Below are positions 57,901 through 64,000 of a stretch of 64,000 nt of DNA, one piece after another (position 1 is the stretch's first letter; each line of letters opens with the position of its first letter). The translations under genes were made by a program, and so were the position numbers. The stretch comes from Eledone cirrhosa (taxonomy: Eukaryota), in the NCBI GenBank assembly GCA_964016885.1, contig OZ024745.1, positions 59,520,001 through 59,584,000 on the forward strand, given 5' to 3'. Under the pieces are notes generated by a model that made no database searches, was not told where the DNA came from, and was given only the letters and a program-made list of their open reading frames with translations.

Positions 57901-60900
57901 GAGAACCTCGACTTGGAGTGAGAACCTCGACTTGGAGTGAAAACCTCGACTTGGAGTGAAAACCTCGACTTGGAGTGAGAACCTCGACTTGGAGTGAGAA
58001 CCTCGACTTGGAGTGAAAACCTCGACGTGGAGTGAGAACCTCGACTTGGAGTGAAAACCTCGACTTGGAGTGAGAACCTCGACTTGGAGTGAAAACCTCG
58101 ACTTGGAGTGAAAACCTCGACTTGGAGTGAAAACCTCGACTTGGAGTGAAAACCTCGACTTGGAGTGAGAACCTCGACTTGGAGTGAAAACCTCGACTTG
58201 GAGTGAAAACCTCGACTTTGAGTGAAAACCTCGACTTGGAGTGAGAACCTCGCCTTGGAGTGAAAACCTCGACTTGGAGTGAAAACCTGGACTTGGAGTG
58301 AAAACCTCGACTTGGAGTGAAAACCTCGACTTGGAGTGAGAACCTCGGCTTGGAGTGAAAACCTCGACTTGGAGTGAGAACCTCGACTTGGAGTGAAAAC
58401 CTCGACTTGGAGTGAGAACCTCGACTTGGAGTGAAAACCTCGACTTGGAGTGAAAACCTCGACTTGGAGTGAGAACCTCGACTTGGAGTGAGAACCTCGA
58501 CTTGGAGTGAGAACCTCGACTTGGAGTGAGAACCTCGACTTGGAGTGAGAACCTCGACTTGGAGTGAAAACCTCGACTTGGAGTGAGAAACCTCGACTTG
58601 GAGTGAGAACCTCGACTTGGAGTGAGAACCTCGACTTGGAGTGAAAACTCGACTTGGAGTGAGAACCTCGACTTGGAGTAAAAACCTCGACTTGGAGTGA
58701 GAACCTCGGCTTGGAGTGAAAACATCGACTTGGAGTGAGAACCCTCGGCTTGGAGTGAGAACCTCGACTTGGAGTGAGAACCTCGACTTGGAGTGAAAAC
58801 CTCGACTTGGAGTGAGAACCTCGACTTGGAGTGAAAACTCGACTTGGAGTGAAAACCTCGACTTGGAGTGAGAACCTCGACTTGGAGTGAAAACCTCGAC
58901 TTGGAGTGAGAACCTCGACTTGGAGTGAGAACCTCGACTTGGAGTGAGAACCTCGACTTGGAGTGAGAACCTCGACTTGGAGTGAAAACCTCGACTTGGA
59001 GTGAGAACCTCGACTTGGAGTGAGAACCTCGACTTGGAGTGAAAACCTCGACTTGGAGTGAGACCCTCGACTTGGAGTGAAAACCTCGACTTGGAGTGAG
59101 AACCTCGACTTGGAGTGAAAACCTCGACTTGGAGTGAAAACCTCGACTTGGAGTGAAAACCTCGACTTGGAGTGAAAACCTCGACTTGGAGTGAAACCTC
59201 GACTTGGAGTGAGAACCTCGACTTGGAGTGAAAACCTCGACTTGGAGGTGAAAACCTCGACTTGGAGTGAAAACCTCGACTTGGAGTGAGAACCTCGCCT
59301 TGGAGTGAAAACCTCGACTTGGAGTGAAAACTGGACTTGGAGTGAAAACCTCGACTTGGAGTGAAAACCTCGACTTGGAGTGAGAACCTCGGCTTGAGTG
59401 AAAACCTCGACTTGGAGTGAGAACCTCGACTTGGAGTGAAAACCTCGACTTGGAGTGAGAACCTCGACTTGGAGTGAAAACCTCGACTTGGAGTGAAAAC
59501 CTCGACTTGGAGTGAGAACCTCGACTTGGAGTGAGAACCTCGACTTGGAGTGAGAACCTCGACTTGGAGTGAGAACCTCGACTTGGAGTGAGAACCTCGA
59601 CTTGGAGTGAAAACCTCGACTTGGAGTGAAACTCGACTAGGAGTGAGAACCTCGACTTGGAGTGAGAACCCTCGACTTGGAGTGAAAACCTCGACTTGGA
59701 GTGAGAACCTCGACTTGGAGTGAAAACCTCGACTTGGAGTGAGAACCTCGACTTGGAGTGAAAACCTCGAACTTGGAGTGAAAACTCGACTTGGAGTGAA
59801 AACCTCGACTTGGAGTGAGAACCTCGACTTGGAGTGAAAACCTCGACTTGGAGTGAAAACCTCGACTTGGAGTGAAAACCTCGACTTGGAGTGAAAACCT
59901 CGACTTGGAGTGAGAACCTCGCCTTGGAGTGAAAACCTCGACTTGGAGTGAAAACCTGGACTTGGAGTGAAAACCTCGACTTGGAGTGAAAACCTCGACT
60001 TGGAGTGAGAACCTCGACTTGGAGTGAAAACCTCGACTTGGAGTGAGAACCCCTCGACTTGGAGTGAAAACCTCGACTTGGAGTGAAAACCTCGACTTGG
60101 AGTGAAACCTCGACTTGGAGTTGAACCTCGACTTGGAGTGAGAACCTCGACTTGGAGTGAGAACCTCGACTTGGAGTGAGAACCTCGACTTGGAGTGAGA
60201 ACCTCGACTTGGAGTGAGAACCTCGACTTGGAGTGAGAACCTTGCCTTGGAGTGGAAACCTCGCCTTGGAGTGAAAACCTCGACTTTGAGTGAGAACCTC
60301 GATTGGAGTGAAAACCTCGACTTGGAGTGAGAACCTCGACTTGGAGTGAGAACCTCGACTTGGAGTGAGAACCTCGACTTGGAGTGAGAACCTCGACTTG
60401 GAGTGAAACCTCGACTTGGAGTGAGAACCTCGACTTGGAGTGAGAACCTCGACTTGGAGTGAGAACCTCGACTTGGAGTGAGAACCTCGACTTGGAGTGA
60501 GAACCTCGGCTTGGAGTGAAAACCTCGACTTGAGTGAGAACCTCGACTTGGAGTGAAAACCTCGACTTGGAGTGAGAACCTCGACTTGGAGTGAAAACCT
60601 CGACTTGGAGTGAAAACCTCGACTTGGAGTGAGAACCTCGACTTGGAGTGAAAACCTCGACTTGGAGTGAGAACCTCGACTTGGAGTGAGAACCTCGACT
60701 TGGAGTGAAAACCTCGACTTGGAGTGAAACCTCGACTTGGAGTGAAACCTCGACTTGGAGTGAGAACCTCGACTTGGAGTGAGAACCTCGACTTGGAGTG
60801 AAAACCTCGACTTGGAGTGAGAACCTCGACTTGGAGTGAAAACCTCGACTTGGAGTGAGAACCTCGACTTGGAGTGAAAACCTGGACTTGGAGTGAAAAC

Positions 60901-63100
60901 CTCGACTTGGAGTGAAAACCTCGACTTGGAGTGAGAACCTCGACTTGGAGTGAAAACCTCGACTTGGAGTGAGAACCTCGACTTGGAGTGAAACCTCGAC
61001 TTGGAGTGAAAACCTCGACTTGGAGTGAAAACCTCGACTTGGAGTGAGAACCTCGACTTGGAGTGAGAACCTCGACTTGGAGTGAGAACCTCGACTTGGA
61101 GTGAGAACCTCGACTTGGAGTGAGAACCTCGACTTGGAGTGAGAACCTCGACTTGGAGTGAGAACCTCGACTTGGAGTGAGAACCTCGACTTGGAGTGAG
61201 AACCTTGCCTTGGAGTGGAAACCTCGCCTTGGAGTGAAACCTCGACTTTGAGTGAGAACCTCGATTGGAGTGAAAACCTCGACTTGGAGTGAGAACCTCG
61301 ACTTGGAGTGAGAACCTCGACTTGGAGTGAGAACCTCGACTTGGAGTGAGAACCTCGACTTGGAGTGAAAACCTCGACTTGGAGTGAGAACCTCGGCTTG
61401 GAGTGAAAACCTCGACTTGGAGTGAGAACCTCGACTTGGAGTGAAAACCTCGACTTGGAGTGAGAACCTCGACTTGGAGTGAAAACCTCGACTTGGAGTG
61501 AGAACCTCGACTTGGAGTGAAAACCTCGACTTGGAGTGAAAACCTCGACTTGGAGTGAGAACCTCGACTTGGAGTGAAAACCTCGACTTGGAGTGAGAAC
61601 CTCGACTTGGAGTGAGAACCTCGACTTGGAGTGAGAACCTCGACTTGGAGTGAAAACCTCGACTTGGAGTGAAAACCTCGACTTGGAGTGAGAACCTCGA
61701 CTTGGAGTGAGAACCTCGACTTGGAGTGAAAACCTCGACTTGGAGTGAGAACCTCGACTTGGAGTGAAAACCTCGACTTGGAGTGAGAACCTCGACTTGG
61801 AGTGAAAACCTCGACTTGGAGTGAAAACCTCGACTTGGAGTGAAAACCTCGACTTGGAGTGAAAACCTCGACTTGGAGTGAAAACCTCGACTTGGAGTGA
61901 GAACCTCGACTTGGAGTGAGAACCTCGACTTGGAGTGAAAACCTCGACTTGGAGTGAAAACCTCGACTTGGAGTGAGAACCTCGCCTTGGAGTGAAAACC
62001 TCGACTTGGAGTGAAAACCTGGTCTTGGAGTGAAAACCTGGTCTTGGAGTGAAAACCTCGACTTGGAGTGAAAACCTCGACTTGGAGTGAAAACCTCGAC
62101 TTGGAGTGAGAACCTCGACTTGGAGTGAAAACCTCGACTTGGAGTGAAAACCTCGACTTGGAGTGAGAACCTCGACTTGGAGTGAAAACCTCGACTTGGA
62201 GTGAAAACCTCGACTTGGAGTGAGAACCTCGACTTGCAGTGAGAACCTCGACTTGGAGTGAGAACCTCGACTTGGAGTGAGAACCTCGACTTGGAGTGAG
62301 AACCTCGACTTGGAGTGAAAACCTCGACTTGGAGTGAGAACCTCGACTTGGAGTGAAAACCTCGACTTGGAGTGAGAACCTCGACTTGGAGTGAAAACCT
62401 CGACTTGGAGTGAGAACCTCGACTTGGAGTGAAAACCTCGACTTGGAGTGAGAACCTCGACTTGGAGTGAAAACCTCGACTTGGAGTGAAAACCTCGACT
62501 TGGAGTGAAAACCTCGACTTGGAGTGAAAACCTCGACTTGGAGTGAAAACCTCGACTTGGAGTGAGAACCTCGACTTGGAGTGAAAACCTCGACTTGGAG
62601 TGAAAACCTCGACTTGGAGTGAAAACCTCGACTTGGAGTGAAAACCTCGACTTGGAGTGAGAACCTCGCCTTGGAGTGAAAACCTCGACTTGGAGTGAAA
62701 ACCTCGACTTGGAGTGAAAACCTCGACTTGGAGTGAAAACCTGGACTTGGAGTGAAAACCTCGACTTGGAGTGAAAACCTCGACTTGGAGTGAGAACCTC
62801 GACTTGGAGTGAAAACCTCGACTTGGAGTGAGAACCTCGACTTGGAGTGAAAACCTCGACTTGGAGTGAAAACCTCGACTTGGAGTGAGAACCTCGACTT
62901 GGAGTGAGAACCTCGACTTGGAGTGAGAACCTCGACTTGGAGTGAGAACCTCGACTTGGAGTGAGAACCTCGACTTGGAGTGAGAACCTCGACTTGGAGT
63001 GAGAACCTCGACTTGGAGTGAGAACCTCGACTTGGAGTGAAAACCTCGACTTGGAGTGAGAACCTCGACTTGGAGTCAAAACCTCGACTTGGAGTGAGAA
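42950..63100. repeat. HOR family with an about 1.95-kb core unit (up to about 3.9 kb with added blocks), marked by AAAAACTCGACATGCAG, CCTTGCCTT, GGAGTAAAAA and CCTGGAC
   Basis: CATGCAG at 43003, 46327, 50278, 52215, 54722 and 56697 (last three spacings 1937, 2507, 1975). 18-bp monomer at 43852, 47157, 51070, 53007, 55533, 57508, 60297 and 61259. An about 4.5-kb super-period links 50.3-54.7 kb to 54.7-59 kb. Confidence 0.85.
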
Positions 63101-64000
63101 CCTCGACTTGGAGTGAAAACCTCGACTTGGAGTGAGAACCTCGACTTGGAGTGAAAACCTCGACTTGGAGTGAGAACCTCGATTTGGTGTGAAAACCTCG
63201 ACTTGGAGTGAGAACCTCGATTTGGTGTGAAAACCTCGACTTGGAGTGAGAACCTCGATTTGGTGTGAAAACCTCGACTTGGAGTGAGAACCTCGATTTG
63301 GTGTGAAAACCTCGACTTGGAGTGAGAACCTCGATTTGGAGTGAAAACCTCGACTTGGAGTGAGAACCTCGACTTGGAGTGAGAACCTCGAGTTGGAGTG
63401 AGAACCTCGACTTGGAGTGAAAACCTCGACTTGGAGGAGTGAGAACCTCGACTTGGAGTGAAAACCTCGACTTGGATTGAAAACCTCGACTTGGAGTGAA
63501 AACCTCGACTTGGAGTGAAAACCTCGACTTGGAGTGAAAACCTCGACTTGGAGTGAGAACCTCGACTTGGAGTGAGAACCTCGACTTGGAGTGAAAACCT
63601 CGACTTGGAGTGAGAACCTCGACTTGGAGTGAAAACCTCGACTTGGAGTGAGAACCTCGACTTGGAGTGAAAACCTCGACTTGGAGTGAGAACCTCGCCT
63701 TGGAGTGAAAACCTCGACTTTGAGTGAGAACCTCGATTGGAGTGAAAACCTCGACTTGGAGTGAAAACCTCGACTTGGAGTGAGAACCTCGAGTTGGAGT
63801 GAGAACCTCGACTTGGAGTGAGAACCTCGACTTGGAGTGAAAACCTCGACATGGAGTGAGAACCTCGACTTGGAGTGAAAACCTCGACATGGAGTGAAAA
63901 CCGCGACTTGGAGTGAGAACCTCGTCTTGGAGTGAAAACCTCGACTTGGAGTGAAAACCTCGACTTGGAGTGAGAACCTCGACTTGGAGTGAAAACCTCG

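Larger units (their letters stand above)
1..64000. repeat. 19-bp tandem satellite array, consensus GGAGTGA(A/G)AACCTCGACTT (reverse complement AAGTCGAGGTT(T/C)TCACTCC), about 3,370 head-to-tail monomers, extending beyond both window ends
   Basis: The monomer can be read continuously from base 1 to 64000 with no unique insert and no inversion. Most monomers are one of two forms differing only by A/G at position 8; a minority carry 1-3 further substitutions. Nearly every monomer contains a TCGA (TaqI) site. Confidence 0.99.

Noticed and set aside
138-63890. All ORFs in the supplied track (up to 3,183 aa) as protein-coding genes
   Set aside because: They overlap in all three minus frames and give the same 19-aa repeat. 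Their starts and stops coincide with sporadic monomer variants, they have no non-repetitive domain, and the DNA period (19) is not a multiple of 3.
1-64000. CRISPR array
   Set aside because: The repeats are directly adjacent with no unique spacers, no leader and no cas genes.
1-64000. Telomerase-synthesised telomeric tract (the one-position dimorphism recalls Plasmodium TT(T/C)AGGG)
   Set aside because: There is no G-run telomere motif or strong G/C strand skew. The A/G order and rare variants are inherited in kb-scale duplicated blocks, which implies recombinational copying rather than de novo templated addition. A recombination-maintained terminal satellite is not excluded without the chromosomal position.
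1-64000. CENP-B box similarity (CCTCGACTTGGAG vs CTTCGTTGGAAACGGGA)
   Set aside because: The resemblance is only superficial. The required TTCG....A..CGGG core is not matched, and the CGGG half is absent.
1-64000. In vitro rolling-circle, MDA or adapter concatemer artefact
   Set aside because: Nested, diverging HORs with lineage-specific variants need many rounds of mutation and duplication. A concatemer would have a single period and random errors.
1-64000. Hairpin or cruciform, G-quadruplex, or phased A-tract curvature
   Set aside because: The dyads are only 3-4 bp (ACT-TGG-AGT, CTC-N6-GAG, TCGA). The consensus has no G3 runs. The A4 tract is present in only some monomers, and 19 bp is out of phase with the 10.5-bp helical repeat.
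1-64000. A/G string as an encoded message or synthetic data-storage construct
   Set aside because: I see no framing, index or primer sequences. The pattern is explained by tandem duplication at several scales.
1-64000. Plasmid or phage iterons, or a transcription-factor operator array
   Set aside because: Iteron clusters have a few to tens of copies next to a rep gene and an AT-rich region. None of that context is present, and the copy number here is in the thousands.

Overview
The whole 64-kb window is one uninterrupted, single-orientation tandem array (satellite DNA) of a 19-bp monomer, GGAGTGA(A/G)AACCTCGACTT. It holds about 3,370 copies (64,000/19), is about 50% GC and runs off both ends of the window. 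I see no unique sequence, genes, RNA genes, transposons or CRISPR spacers. The giant minus-strand ORFs are a by-product of the monomer: its reverse complement has no stop triplet, and because 19 is not divisible by 3 all three frames give the same 19-aa repeat. The informative signal is in the variants. These show a common A/G dimorphism at one position, frequent 38-bp dimer periodicity, a linked 18-bp deletion haplotype seen about 30 times, nested higher-order repeats (HORs) from 57 bp to about 6 kb, segment copies 10-20 kb apart, and a left-to-right turnover of variant families. A 2.7-kb patch at 58.6-61.2 kb is rich in unique 1-bp indels and looks like consensus error. I cannot support a new protein-based system. 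The best candidate for novelty is the satellite family itself, possibly centromeric or subtelomeric, and its layered HOR architecture. All coordinates and spacings were counted by eye. The host organism cannot be determined from this window.
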